This document shows, piece after piece, positions 47,701-57,036 of a DNA stretch of 64,000 nucleotides. The notes below the pieces were generated by a model. That model saw only the letters and a list, made by a program, of their open reading frames with translations. It did no database searches and had not been told where the DNA came from. The stretch is taken from positions 896,001 through 960,000 of the forward strand of contig OZ242358.1 of assembly GCA_965208835.1 (NCBI GenBank), given 5' to 3'. The stretch comes from Candidatus Latescibacterota bacterium (GTDB lineage Bacteria > Latescibacterota > UBA2968 > GCA-2709665). Each line of letters starts with the position of its first letter. Position 1 is the first letter of the stretch. The translations under genes were made by a program, and so were the position numbers.

Positions 47701-50700
47701 CCCGGAGGGCGCGCGGGAGACTCGCAGACTGACGGTGAAGGTCTCGTTTCCTTCAATGGCGTCGTCCTCCTTCGTCTCCACGGTGAACGTGTGCGCTTCG
47801 CCCGCCGTGCCGCTGAACCTGAGCGGGGATACGTTGGCCGTATAGTCGACGCCTGCCGTCGCTGTCCCGTCGCTGAAAACGGGCGTCAGCGTCAGACCGC
47901 CCTGGACCGGCCGGTTCAGCGTTACCTTGAAGGTCATCCCGTCGCCTTCAGATGCGTTCGCGTCTCCGCTCGCCACCGTTGGGCTGCCTCCGACGGTCCC
48001 GCCGTCGTCGTCTATGATCGTGCCGGTTACGGGATTGCCCACCGTCACCCCGGACGGCGCATCGGACACCCGCAGACTGACGGTGAAGGTCTCGTTTTCT
48101 TCAACGGCCTCGTCCTCCTTCGTCTCCGCGGTGAACGTGTGCGTTTCACCCGCCGTGCCGACGAAGGTGAGCGGCGCCGTGTTGGCCGTATAGTCGATTC
48201 CCGACGTCGCGGTCCCGTCGCTGAAAACGGGCGTCAGCGTCAGACCGCCCTGAACCGGCCGTTTCAGCGTTATCTTAAAGGTCACCCCGTCGCCTTCAGA
48301 TGCCTCCGCGTCCCCGATCGTAACCGTGAGCTTGCCTCTGACGGTCCCTCCGTCGTTGTCTCTAAGCGTGCCGGTCGCGGTGTCCGTTGTCACGCCGGAG
48401 GTCGACGTCCCGGAGATGCCAAGGCTTACCGTAAACGTCTCGTCATTCTCAACAACCTCGTCGTCTGTGGCAGCCACCGTGAACGTGTGCTTTTCACCCA
48501 CCGTCCCGGTGAAGCGAATGGGCGCAGCGTTTGCCGTGTAGTCCACGCCTTCGACTGCCGTCCCGTCGCGGAAGCCGGGGGTGACAGTGAGACCGCCCGA
48601 TACCGCCCGGTTCAACTTTATTGTGAAGGTCAGTACCTCCCCCTCGACCGCGCTGGCGCTCGAGACCGTCACCGTCACCGTCTCTCCAGGCGCGGAAGGG
48701 CCCAGGGTCGAGGCGCGACCGCTGTCCGACCACTCGCCGGCGCCTTCCACGTTTCTTGCCAGCACCTGAACCTCGTAGGTGGAAGCCGCCTTCAGGCCGG
48801 TGAGGGTTGTGCCGGCGCCCGCGCCGTCAAACGCATGGTCTCGCCATTCCGTAGTGCCCGCTTCTCTGTACCGAACGTCGTAATCCGTGACGGGCGCACC
48901 GTTGTCGGCAGGCGGATTCCAACTGACGACCAGCGACACTCTTGGGTCGCTCGCTGACCGGGCGACCGAAGGCGTGCCCGGCGCGTTCGGCGGCGACGCG
49001 TCGGTCACGTTGACCGTAACGTGAAGTATGCCCGTGTGACCATGCCCGTCGTCCACAGTGACCGTCAGGTCGCCGTACGAGTTTCTCGTCTCGAAGTCCA
49101 GCGGTTCCCTTGTCCTCAGCTGGCCGGTGGCCGGATCCAGGGCGAAAGCGGGTGCGTCCGACCCGCCAAGTGAATATGAGAGCGGGTCGTCTTCGGCGTC
49201 CGTCGCCAGAAAGGGCCCGCCTATGTCCGTGTGCGGCGGCGTGTTCTCGACCACGAAGCGGATGGCTGTATCGCCCTCGTCGAAAACCGGCGGCGCGTCG
49301 TTATCCAGGATGGTCACCGTCGCCGTACGCTGGCTCACCGAGACTTTGCGGGTCACTTCCCTGGCGACCGAGGGCTCGCCCAGCTCCACCTGGAAGCTTT
49401 CCAGGTCCTCGTGTTCGTCGTCGTCGAGGATGGTGATTTCGATCATAGTCTCAGTCTGTCCGGCTGCAAGAGTGACGGTACCCGAGCTGGGTTTATGCTC
49501 GTGTTTCGTGCCGCTCTCCGCGACGGATAGCTTCGAAGCGGACGTCGAGCTCGAGCTGCTCCACGGCACTTCGACCGTACCGCCCACGGACTCGGTGATC
49601 CTGACCGGGAGTTCCACAATCAGACCCTCCTCCACCGGGTCTTCAGGTTCGTGAACGGAGACGTAGACGGTACCACCGCCGTTGTTTCCCTGGGGGTTCC
49701 GCCTGTTGACGTTCGCCAGCACCGAGAACTGGCTTGCCGCTTCATTGCCGTTGCCCGCAACGTCAATAGCTGCGTTCGCGGCCACGTCCGCGGTCACGGT
49801 TCCGGTGGCTGCCGGCGTGATGGTGGCTGTGTAAGTGTCGCTAGATCCGGAGAACCCCGTGACCGACCCGTTCCCCGCCGTGACGTCTCCCTGTTCGAAC
49901 CCCGTAACCGGCTCGGAGAAGGTGATCGTTGTTACGAACGGGCCGTTCTGCGTAGTGGCCGGACCGCTGATGCTGACAGTCGGCGCGTCGAGGTCCGCCT
50001 GCACGGAGAACTGGCTCGCCGCTGCATTGCCTTTGTCATCAGAATCAACGGCCACGTTCGCGGCCACGTCCGCCGTCACCGTACCGCTCGCCGCAGGCGT
50101 AATCGAGGCCGTGTAACTGGAGCCTGAACCGGAAAATGCGGTCACCGCTCCGTTGCCGACCGATATCTCGGGCCGCTCGAACCCGGTGACGTCCTCCGAG
50201 AAGGTGATCGTTGCGTCAAATGGACCTTTCTGCACATCAGTCGGGCCGCTGATGCTGACGGTCGGCACGCCTTCGTCGTCGATGACGGTTCCGGTGGCCG
50301 TATTCGTCGCCGTCACCGGCAACGTCGTCCCCGAGACGCTCAGGCTCACCGTGAACGTCTCGTTCGCCTCGTCGTCCTCATCCTCGGTCGTCGACACGTT
50401 AAAACTATGCGTTTCCCCCGCCGTCCCGGCAAAGCTGAGCGCGGCCGTGTTTTCCGTGTAATCCGTGCCCTTCGTGGCCGTGCCGCCGTCGAAGCCGGGG
50501 GTCACGCTGAAGCCGCCCGTCACCGCCTTGTCCGCAGCCACGGTAAACGATATTTCGTCCCCCTCCGAGGCCGAAGCATCAGCAATCGTCAGGATCGCGG
50601 TGTCGTCGTTGCTGATCGTCCCCGTCGCTGTATCGGTTGCCGTCACCGTTTCCGTCGTGCCGGAGACGGTAAGGCCGACGGTGAACGATACGTCAGCTTC

Positions 50701-53700
50701 CACCACGTCGTCTTCGGCTGTCGCAACGGTAAAGCTCCGTGACTCCTCCGCCGTCCCGCTGAAGCTGAGCGCGTTCGTATTTTCTGTATAGTCCGTTCCC
50801 TTTGTCGCCGTTCCGTCGGTGAAGCTCGGCGTGACCGTCAGACCGCCGGAGACCGCGTGGTCCAGTGTCACGGTGAAGGTGATCCCGTCTCCCTCTTCGG
50901 CCGATGCATCCGCGATCGTCAGAATCGGAAAGTCGTCGTTGGTGATGGTGCCGGTGGCCGTATCGGTCGCCGTTACCGTCTCAGTCGTGCCGGAGACAGT
51001 CAGGCTGACGGTAAACGTCTCGTCGACTTCCACCGCCGCGTCCTCGGTCGTGGCTACGGTGAAGGTCTTCGACTCATCCGCCGAACCGGTGAAGCTGAGC
51101 GCAGCGGTGTTTTCCGTGTAGTCCGTACCCTTCGTCGCCGTGACGTCCGTGAAGCTCGGGGACACCGTAAAACCGCCGGAAACGGCCTGATCCAGCGTCA
51201 CGGTGAACGTGATTCCGTTCCCCTCTTCGGCCGATACGTCCGCGATCGTCAGTGCCGGCGCGTCGTCGTTGTTGATCGTTCCCGTCGCCGTGTCGGTTGC
51301 CGTGACCGTTTCCGTTGTCCCCGAGACGGTGAGGCTGACGGTGAACGTCTCGTTGGGCTCGTCGTCGTCGTCGTCGGTCGTCGCCACAATGAAGGTTTTG
51401 TTCTCGCCCGCCGTGCCGGCAAAGGTGAGCGCCGATGTGTTGGCCGTGTAGTCCGTGCCCTTCGTCGCCGTGCCGTCGGTGAAGCTCGGGGTTACGGTGA
51501 AGCCGCCGGAGACCGCGTGGTCCAGCGTCACCGTGAAGGTAATCGCGTTCCCTTCTTCAGCCGACGTGTCCGCAATCGTTACCGCCGGATAGTCGTCGTT
51601 GGTAATCGTCCCCTCCGCCGTATCGGTCGCCTGGACGGTGCCCCTCGCTCCTGAAACGCTCAGGCTCACCGTGAACGTCTCGTCCGACTCGATGTCCGTG
51701 TCCTCGGTTGTGGAAACGGTGAAGGTCTGCGTCTCGCCCGCCGTGCCGGTGAAGCTGACCGCCGAGGTGTTGGCCGTGTAATCCGTACCCTTGGTGGCGG
51801 TGCCGCCGGCGTAACTCGGGGTCACGCTGAAGCCGCTCGCCACCGCATTGTCCACCTCCAGGGTGAACTCGATCTCGTCACCCTCGGCCGCGCTCGTGTC
51901 CGCGATCGTTACAATCGCGGTGTCATCGTCGTTGATCGTCCCCGTGGCGGGGCCGCTGGCCGACAAGGCGGAAGGCACCGGCGGAAGAGGCCCGTCCCCG
52001 GGCAGGGGACCGATGGAGTAGGCGATGTTGAAGGTCTCCGCCCCTTCGACGACCTCGTCCTGGTGGATGGCGACCCAGTTCCTGTCGAGTGACCGTTTTT
52101 CTCCGGCGTTGCCGGTGAAGTTGAGAGACACCAGGTTCGCGCCGAAGTCGGTCGTGGAAAAGTTGTTCCCGTCCGGGTCAATCGTGGCGGTGCCGGCAGA
52201 CGCTCTCAGGTACAGCCGGAAGCCGCCCTGCACCGCCCTGTTCAGCGTCGCACTCGCTGCCACCTCGGTGTAGAGGTTGCCGTTTACCGTATAGCTGTAG
52301 CCCGAACCGCCCTCAGTGCCGGATACGGCCGCGACCGTCACGGTCGCATTGTCGTCGTTGGTGATCGTTCCCTCTGCCGTATCGGTTGCCGTGACGGTTT
52401 GGGTGGTCCCGGAGACGCTGAGGCTGACGGTGAAGGTCTCGTCGTGTTCCACGACCGCGTCCTCGGTCGTCGTCACGGAGAAGGTTTTGTTCTCGCCCGC
52501 CGTGCCGGCAAAGGTGAGCGCCGATGTGTTGGCCGTGTAGTCCGTGCCCTTTACCGCGGTACCGCCGGCGAAGCCCGGCGTCACCGTCAGACCGCCGGAA
52601 ACCGCTCTGTCCAGCGTTACCGTGAAGGTGATCCCGTCCCCTTCCTCGGCTGATGCGTCGGCGATCGTCACCGCCGGAAAGTCGTCGTTGGTGATCGTCC
52701 CCTCCGCCGTGTCGGACGCGCTGACGGTACCCTGCGCCCCTGAGACGCTCAGGCTGACCGTGAACGTCTCGTCCGACTCGATGTCCGTGTCCTCGGTGGT
52801 GGATACGGTAAAGGTCTGGGTCTCGCTCGCCGTTCCCGTGAAGCTGACCGCAGATGTGTTGGCCGTGTAGTCCGTGCCCTTCACGGCCGTACCGCCGCTG
52901 AAGCTCGGGGTTACGCTGAAGCCGGACGCCACCGCCTTGTCCACCGACACCGTGAACTCGATTCCGTCTCCCTCGGAGGCTGACGCGTCCGCGATGGTCA
53001 CGGTTGCGGTGTCGTCGTCGTTGATCGTCCCGGTGGCCGGTCCGCTGGCCGTCAAGCCGGAAGGCACCTGCGGGAGGACGGGCCCGTCCCCGGGCAGGGG
53101 ACCGATGGAGTAGGCGATGTTGAAGGTCTCCGCCCCTTCGACGACCTCGTCCTGGTGGATGGCGACCCAGTTCCTGTCGAGTGACCGTTTTTCTCCGGCG
53201 TTGCCGGTGAAGTTGAGAGACACCAGGTTCGCGCCGAAGTCGGTCGTGGAAAAGTTGTTCCCGTCCGGGTCAATCGTGGCGGTGCCGGCAGACGCTCTCA
53301 GGTACAGCCGGAAGCCGCCCTGCACCGCCCTGTTCAGCGTCGCACTCGCTGCCACCTCGGTGTAGAGGTTGCCGTTTACCGTATAGCTGTAGCCCGAACC
53401 GCCCTCAGTGCCGGATACGGCCGCGACCGTCACGGTCGCATTGTCGTCGTTGGTGATCGTTCCCTCTGCCGTATCGGTTGCCGTGACGGTTTGGGTGGTC
53501 CCGGAGACGCTGAGGCTGACGGTGAAGGTCTCGTCGTGTTCCACGACCGCGTCCTCGGTCGTCGTCACGGAGAAGGTTTTGTTCTCGCCCGCCGTGCCGG
53601 CAAAGGTGAGCGCCGATGTGTTGGCCGTGTAGTCCGTGCCCTTTACCGCGGTACCGCCGGCGAAGCCCGGCGTCACCGTCAGACCGCCGGAAACCGCTCT

Positions 53701-56118
53701 GTCCAGCGTTACCGTGAAGGTGATCCCGTCCCCTTCCTCGGCTGATGCGTCGGCGATCGTCACCGCCGGAAAGTCGTCGTTGGTGATCGTCCCCTCCGCC
53801 GTGTCGGACGCGCTGACGGTACCCTGCGCCCCTGAGACGCTCAGGCTGACCGTGAACGTCTCGTCCGACTCGATGTCTGTGTCCTCGGTGGTGGATACGG
53901 TAAAGGTCTGGGTCTCGCTCGCCGTTCCCGTGAAGCTGACCGCAGATGTGTTGGCCGTGTAGTCCGTGCCCTTCACGGCCGTACCGCCGCTGAAGCTCGG
54001 GGTTACGCTGAAGCCGGACGCCACCGCCTTGTCCACCGACACCGTGAACTCGATTCCGTCTCCCTCGGAGGCTGACGCGTCCGCGATCGTAACCGTCGCG
54101 GTGTCATCGTCGTTGATCGTGCCGGTGGCGGGCCCGCTGGCCGTCAAGCCGGAAGGCACCTGCGGGAGGACGGGCCCGTCCCCGGGCAGGGGACCGATGG
54201 AGTAGGCGATGTTGAAGGTCTCCGCCCCTTCGACGACCTCGTCCTGGTGGATGGCGACCCAGTTCCTGTCGAGTGACCGTTTTTCTCCGGCGTTGCCGGT
54301 GAAGTTGAGAGACACCAGGTTCGCGCCGAAGTCGGTCGTGGAAAAGTTGTTCCCGTCCGGGTCAATCGTGGCGGTGCCGGCAGACGCTCTCAGGTACAGC
54401 CGGAAGCCGCCCTGCACCGCCCTGTTCAGCGTCGCACTCGCTGCCACCTCGGTGTAGAGGTTGCCGTTTACCGTATAGCTGTAGCCCGAACCGCCCTCAG
54501 TGCCGGATACGGCCGCGACCGTCACGGTCGCATTGTCGTCGTTGGTGATCGTTCCCTCTGCCGTATCGGTTGCCGTGACGGTTTGGGTGGTCCCGGAGAC
54601 GCTGAGGCTGACGGTGAAGGTCTCGTCGTGTTCCACGACCGCGTCCTCGGTCGTCGTCACGGAGAAGGTTTTGTTCTCGCCCGCCGTGCCGGCAAAGGTG
54701 AGCGCCGATGTGTTGGCCGTGTAGTCCGTGCCCTTTACCGCGGTACCGCCGGCGAAGCCCGGCGTCACCGTCAGACCGCCGGAAACCGCTCTGTCCAGCG
54801 TTACCGTGAAGGTGATCCCGTCCCCTTCCTCGGCTGATGCGTCGGCGATCGTCACCGCCGGAAAGTCGTCGTTGGTGATCGTCCCCTCCGCCGTATCGGT
54901 CGCCTGGACGGTGCCCCTCGCCCCTGAGACGCTCAGGCTGACCGTGAACGTCTCGTCCGACTCGATGTCCTGGTCCTCGGTGGTGGCCACGGTGAGGGTC
55001 TGCGTCTCTCCCGCGGTGCCGGTGAAGCTGATCGCAGCCGTGTTCTCCGTGTAGTCCGTGCTCTTCGTAGCCGTGCCGCCGGCGAAGCCCGGGGTCACGC
55101 TGAAGCCGCTTGCCACCGCCTTGTCCACTGCCACGGTGAACTCGATCGCGTCACCCTCGGAGGCTGACGCGTCCGCGATGGTCACGGTTGCGGTGTCGTC
55201 GTCGTTGATCGTCCCGGTGGCCGGTCCGCTGGCCGTCAAGCCGGAAGGCACCTGCGGGAGGACGGGCCCGTCCCCGGGCAGGGGACCGATGGAGTAGGCG
55301 ATGTTGAAGGTCTCCGCCCCTTCGACGACCTCGTCCTGGTGGATGGCGACCCAGTTCCTGTCGAGTGACCGTTTTTCTCCGGCGTTGCCGGTGAAGTTGA
55401 GAGACACCAGGTTCGCGCCGAAGTCGGTCGTGGAAAAGTTGTTCCCGTCCGGGTCAATCGTGGCGGTGCCGGCAGACGCTCTCAGGTACAGCCGGAAGCC
55501 GCCCTGCACCGCCCTGTTCAGCGTCGCACTCGCTGCCACCTCGGTGTAGAGGTTGCCGTTTACCGTATAGCTGTAGCCCGAACCGCCCTCAGTGCCGGAT
55601 ACGGCCGCGACCGTCACGGTCGCATTGTCGTCGTTGGTGATCGTTCCCTCTGCCGTATCGGTTGCCGTGACGGTTTGGGTGGTCCCGGAGACGCTGAGGC
55701 TGACGGTGAAGGTCTCGTCGTGTTCCACGACCGCGTCCTCGGTCGTCGTCACGGAGAAGGTTTTGTTCTCGCCCGCCGTGCCGGCAAAGGTGAGCGCCGA
55801 TGTGTTGGCCGTGTAGTCCGTGCCCTTTACCGCGGTACCGCCGGCGAAGCCCGGCGTCACCGTCAGACCGCCGGAAACCGCTCTGTCCAGCGTTACCGTG
55901 AAGGTGATCCCGTCCCCTTCCGCCGCGCTCGCGTTTGCGATCGTCACCGCAGGATTGCTCGATTGCCCTGCGACCGGCCCGACGAAGAACGCCGCTACAA
56001 CCAGGCAGGCCGTGGCTGCCACAGCGGCGGTCGCAGTCAAGCCGTTGAGCGTGCTGAAAATCCTGCAGTAAGTAAATTGGGACAATCGCGTGAGGTTTGT
56101 TGAATGCGGGACCCGCAT
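44758..56118 (-). CDS. Giant autotransporter-like adhesin (3786 aa)
   Basis: Extended signal peptide, many Calx-beta repeats, Ig-like, cadherin (LDFE/LDYE), FN3, VLANDVDAE domain, C-terminal beta-barrel ending SLFRDF. Confidence 0.92.
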   Translation of the reverse strand: MRVPHSTNLTRLSQFTYCRIFSTLNGLTATAAVAATACLVVAAFFVGPVAGQSSNPAVTIANASAAEGDGITFTVTLDRAVSGGLTVTPGFAGGTAVKGTDYTANTSALTFAGTAGENKTFSVTTTEDAVVEHDETFTVSLSVSGTTQTVTATDTAEGTITNDDNATVTVAAVSGTEGGSGYSYTVNGNLYTEVAASATLNRAVQGGFRLYLRASAGTATIDPDGNNFSTTDFGANLVSLNFTGNAGEKRSLDRNWVAIHQDEVVEGAETFNIAYSIGPLPGDGPVLPQVPSGLTASGPATGTINDDDTATVTIADASASEGDAIEFTVAVDKAVASGFSVTPGFAGGTATKSTDYTENTAAISFTGTAGETQTLTVATTEDQDIESDETFTVSLSVSGARGTVQATDTAEGTITNDDFPAVTIADASAEEGDGITFTVTLDRAVSGGLTVTPGFAGGTAVKGTDYTANTSALTFAGTAGENKTFSVTTTEDAVVEHDETFTVSLSVSGTTQTVTATDTAEGTITNDDNATVTVAAVSGTEGGSGYSYTVNGNLYTEVAASATLNRAVQGGFRLYLRASAGTATIDPDGNNFSTTDFGANLVSLNFTGNAGEKRSLDRNWVAIHQDEVVEGAETFNIAYSIGPLPGDGPVLPQVPSGLTASGPATGTINDDDTATVTIADASASEGDGIEFTVSVDKAVASGFSVTPSFSGGTAVKGTDYTANTSAVSFTGTASETQTFTVSTTEDTDIESDETFTVSLSVSGAQGTVSASDTAEGTITNDDFPAVTIADASAEEGDGITFTVTLDRAVSGGLTVTPGFAGGTAVKGTDYTANTSALTFAGTAGENKTFSVTTTEDAVVEHDETFTVSLSVSGTTQTVTATDTAEGTITNDDNATVTVAAVSGTEGGSGYSYTVNGNLYTEVAASATLNRAVQGGFRLYLRASAGTATIDPDGNNFSTTDFGANLVSLNFTGNAGEKRSLDRNWVAIHQDEVVEGAETFNIAYSIGPLPGDGPVLPQVPSGLTASGPATGTINDDDTATVTIADASASEGDGIEFTVSVDKAVASGFSVTPSFSGGTAVKGTDYTANTSAVSFTGTASETQTFTVSTTEDTDIESDETFTVSLSVSGAQGTVSASDTAEGTITNDDFPAVTIADASAEEGDGITFTVTLDRAVSGGLTVTPGFAGGTAVKGTDYTANTSALTFAGTAGENKTFSVTTTEDAVVEHDETFTVSLSVSGTTQTVTATDTAEGTITNDDNATVTVAAVSGTEGGSGYSYTVNGNLYTEVAASATLNRAVQGGFRLYLRASAGTATIDPDGNNFSTTDFGANLVSLNFTGNAGEKRSLDRNWVAIHQDEVVEGAETFNIAYSIGPLPGDGPLPPVPSALSASGPATGTINDDDTAIVTIADTSAAEGDEIEFTLEVDNAVASGFSVTPSYAGGTATKGTDYTANTSAVSFTGTAGETQTFTVSTTEDTDIESDETFTVSLSVSGARGTVQATDTAEGTITNDDYPAVTIADTSAEEGNAITFTVTLDHAVSGGFTVTPSFTDGTATKGTDYTANTSALTFAGTAGENKTFIVATTDDDDDEPNETFTVSLTVSGTTETVTATDTATGTINNDDAPALTIADVSAEEGNGITFTVTLDQAVSGGFTVSPSFTDVTATKGTDYTENTAALSFTGSADESKTFTVATTEDAAVEVDETFTVSLTVSGTTETVTATDTATGTITNDDFPILTIADASAEEGDGITFTVTLDHAVSGGLTVTPSFTDGTATKGTDYTENTNALSFSGTAEESRSFTVATAEDDVVEADVSFTVGLTVSGTTETVTATDTATGTISNDDTAILTIADASASEGDEISFTVAADKAVTGGFSVTPGFDGGTATKGTDYTENTAALSFAGTAGETHSFNVSTTEDEDDEANETFTVSLSVSGTTLPVTATNTATGTVIDDEGVPTVSISGPTDVQKGPFDATITFSEDVTGFERPEISVGNGAVTAFSGSGSSYTASITPAASGTVTADVAANVAVDSDDKGNAAASQFSVQADLDAPTVSISGPATTQNGPFVTTITFSEPVTGFEQGDVTAGNGSVTGFSGSSDTYTATITPAATGTVTADVAANAAIDVAGNGNEAASQFSVLANVNRRNPQGNNGGGTVYVSVHEPEDPVEEGLIVELPVRITESVGGTVEVPWSSSSSTSASKLSVAESGTKHEHKPSSGTVTLAAGQTETMIEITILDDDEHEDLESFQVELGEPSVAREVTRKVSVSQRTATVTILDNDAPPVFDEGDTAIRFVVENTPPHTDIGGPFLATDAEDDPLSYSLGGSDAPAFALDPATGQLRTREPLDFETRNSYGDLTVTVDDGHGHTGILHVTVNVTDASPPNAPGTPSVARSASDPRVSLVVSWNPPADNGAPVTDYDVRYREAGTTEWRDHAFDGAGAGTTLTGLKAASTYEVQVLARNVEGAGEWSDSGRASTLGPSAPGETVTVTVSSASAVEGEVLTFTIKLNRAVSGGLTVTPGFRDGTAVEGVDYTANAAPIRFTGTVGEKHTFTVAATDDEVVENDETFTVSLGISGTSTSGVTTDTATGTLRDNDGGTVRGKLTVTIGDAEASEGDGVTFKITLKRPVQGGLTLTPVFSDGTATSGIDYTANTAPLTFVGTAGETHTFTAETKEDEAVEENETFTVSLRVSDAPSGVTVGNPVTGTIIDDDGGTVGGSPTVASGDANASEGDGMTFKVTLNRPVQGGLTLTPVFSDGTATAGVDYTANVSPLRFSGTAGEAHTFTVETKEDDAIEGNETFTVSLRVSRAPSGVTVGDPVTGTIIDDGHNEPPGFDAGAATTRAVAENTPAGGTVGEPVAATDPNGDVLSYTLSGSDAFAIDSDTGQISVSKGASLDYEAGPLSYVVTVTVNDGREGSSVIEVTINVTDAAEPPAAPSAPRVTGASLESLRLDWRPPANTGPAISDYDVQYRKQGAADWTSHPFTGTKTMAAIRGLESGADYEVQVRAKNAEGAGAWSASGTGRTRVNTAPVAVDDVVTVFRGRRATSLWNGDTRDVTRNPSATPPEDFDIPEPEAGAKIAPLANSVSATETDDGHISVLANDVDAEDDWSTLTAILVEAPNYGSLTLFENGTFIYIHDGSRVAEDRFTYRVEDSRGARSDEATVRILITGVNLGPSVTGTIPDQVLTMGTNGRVDLTGLFTDPDGDPLTYEASSDNGIVNVSLADRVIALSPVAVSTARVTVTARDPSGLSATLSFAVIVENLQSNRARVLELSLAAFGRTVLSQAVDAITGHFEATSRALRATIDGSRLVLGQAFNAMEWAHVAARMFGIPLDVPASSSATGTAAQAGLSAITSDPDAVQPTLRAPSGRSILTRSSFQIAMDRPGTGWSGWTLWGRGTGSRYTGDSGSNNRMGGGVTAAYVGADYRWGNRFALGVAASYSDGTQDFDNAGASTGEWHTRLTSLRPYLHWSPTGKLGLWGMLGFGRGDAELNSGYGGPLAGTGSSTIVTDISSRSAALGGRMDLMRVRKVDLALTADAFAVSTSSEALAGLRATAGDARRVRMMVNGSTGWSVTPDTRMDLSLALGARLDGGDVDTGLGAELAGALSIANRRIGLDVEIRSRWLAAHQDRDFRERGLSLALGLDPGSDNRGLTLSLSPAWGENAGSGVEALWKGERTMAYRSAAGGREALDWRPGRTRAALGYGLRTQKGRGGMEPFVELDVNDMGLHRLGGGLRLNVVEGPDRSPGFLARNLRLELLGEYRLSGRSAANGESVTRGRGGDYRFGLSLFRDF
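51586..55950 (-). repeat. Four tandem 1092-bp (364-aa) intragenic units
   Basis: Identical shadow ORFs at 52025, 53117, 54209, 55301 give a period of 1092; boundaries approximate. Confidence 0.95.
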
Positions 56119-56190
56119 CGGCCGGCTCCTTCTGGTGATGGATGATTGCCGTCCGCAAGGGCGCGGACAGTTTCAGTCGCCATCACATAT

Positions 56191-56207
56191 TGCAGAAGCC
56201 GTGCCAA
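56191..56207 (-). promoter_or_regulatory. Sigma54 -24/-12 promoter of the giant adhesin
   Basis: TTGGCACGGCTTCTGCA, near-consensus GG-N10-GC, followed upstream by an AT-rich IHF-like tract (56221-56250). Confidence 0.9.
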
Positions 56208-56285
56208 CGTAGAGGATTATTCATAAGTATCTATATTTAAAATGCTTATGTACATAGTTGCCATGAGGGCCTTTTGTTTGAAGAT

Positions 56286-56413
56286 GTCTCGAAACGAAAC
56301 GGCGAAGCGCTTGCCGCATAATCCAAGTTATAATTAAGATACATAATTACAATGAGTTATGTTAAACTTGCATTGATCCGTCTCAATTTGAAACACGAGT
56401 CTCAATTTGAGAC
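56286..56413. promoter_or_regulatory. Putative enhancer (UAS) sites
   Basis: GTCTCGAAACGAAAC (56286), GTCTCAATTTGAAAC (56380), GTCTCAATTTGAGAC (56399). Confidence 0.75.
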
Positions 56414-57036
56414 GGAAGCGCGCCTCACAATGTACACAACGAACACGAAATCTGACCAGGGCGGTCGTTCGCCGGCCTGCTCGCACGGGCCCGGGAAAAC
56501 CGCCCAGGTAACGTCGCTCCCGAAGAGCCCCGAACAGAAACGGCCGAGGCCGGAATGACCGTGGCTGCATTTGCAGACGATGGCAAGAGAAGACTATATC
56601 GGATTCCGACCTCGATGATCCAGTGGGCTGGAAACCCGACCCTGATGGTGTTTTCGCCATCAGGATGCGAGGAGGCCAATAAGAACGAACTGCCACCGGC
56701 TACGAGGGCATATATCAAATAAAATATGTTACCTTGACAATCGTCGAACCCGTGGGGCAGATGTCCCGGATCCTGTTTGCGAACGACGTTGATTCGGCCG
56801 GGACGCACGGGGTTGAGCGTCCCGTTATCGGAAACAGATCGCCCCGGCTGCGTTTTATGCGAACCGGGGCGGATTATCCGTTGCGTACTGTCGTCCGGTG
56901 GCAACGGCGTTTCGGTTAACATATCTTTTTTAATATGGTTCCGAAGCGGTCCTTGTGCGTGTCGGATTTGCCGGACTCAGTCTGCCAACGACACGGGTAA
57001 GCGCCTTGCACGAATCCGATAATGCGACGATCGGGC

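Noticed and set aside
56420-57030. Gene or remnant between the adhesins; hairpin at 56641-56664
   Set aside because: No convincing homology; the hairpin lacks a U-tract
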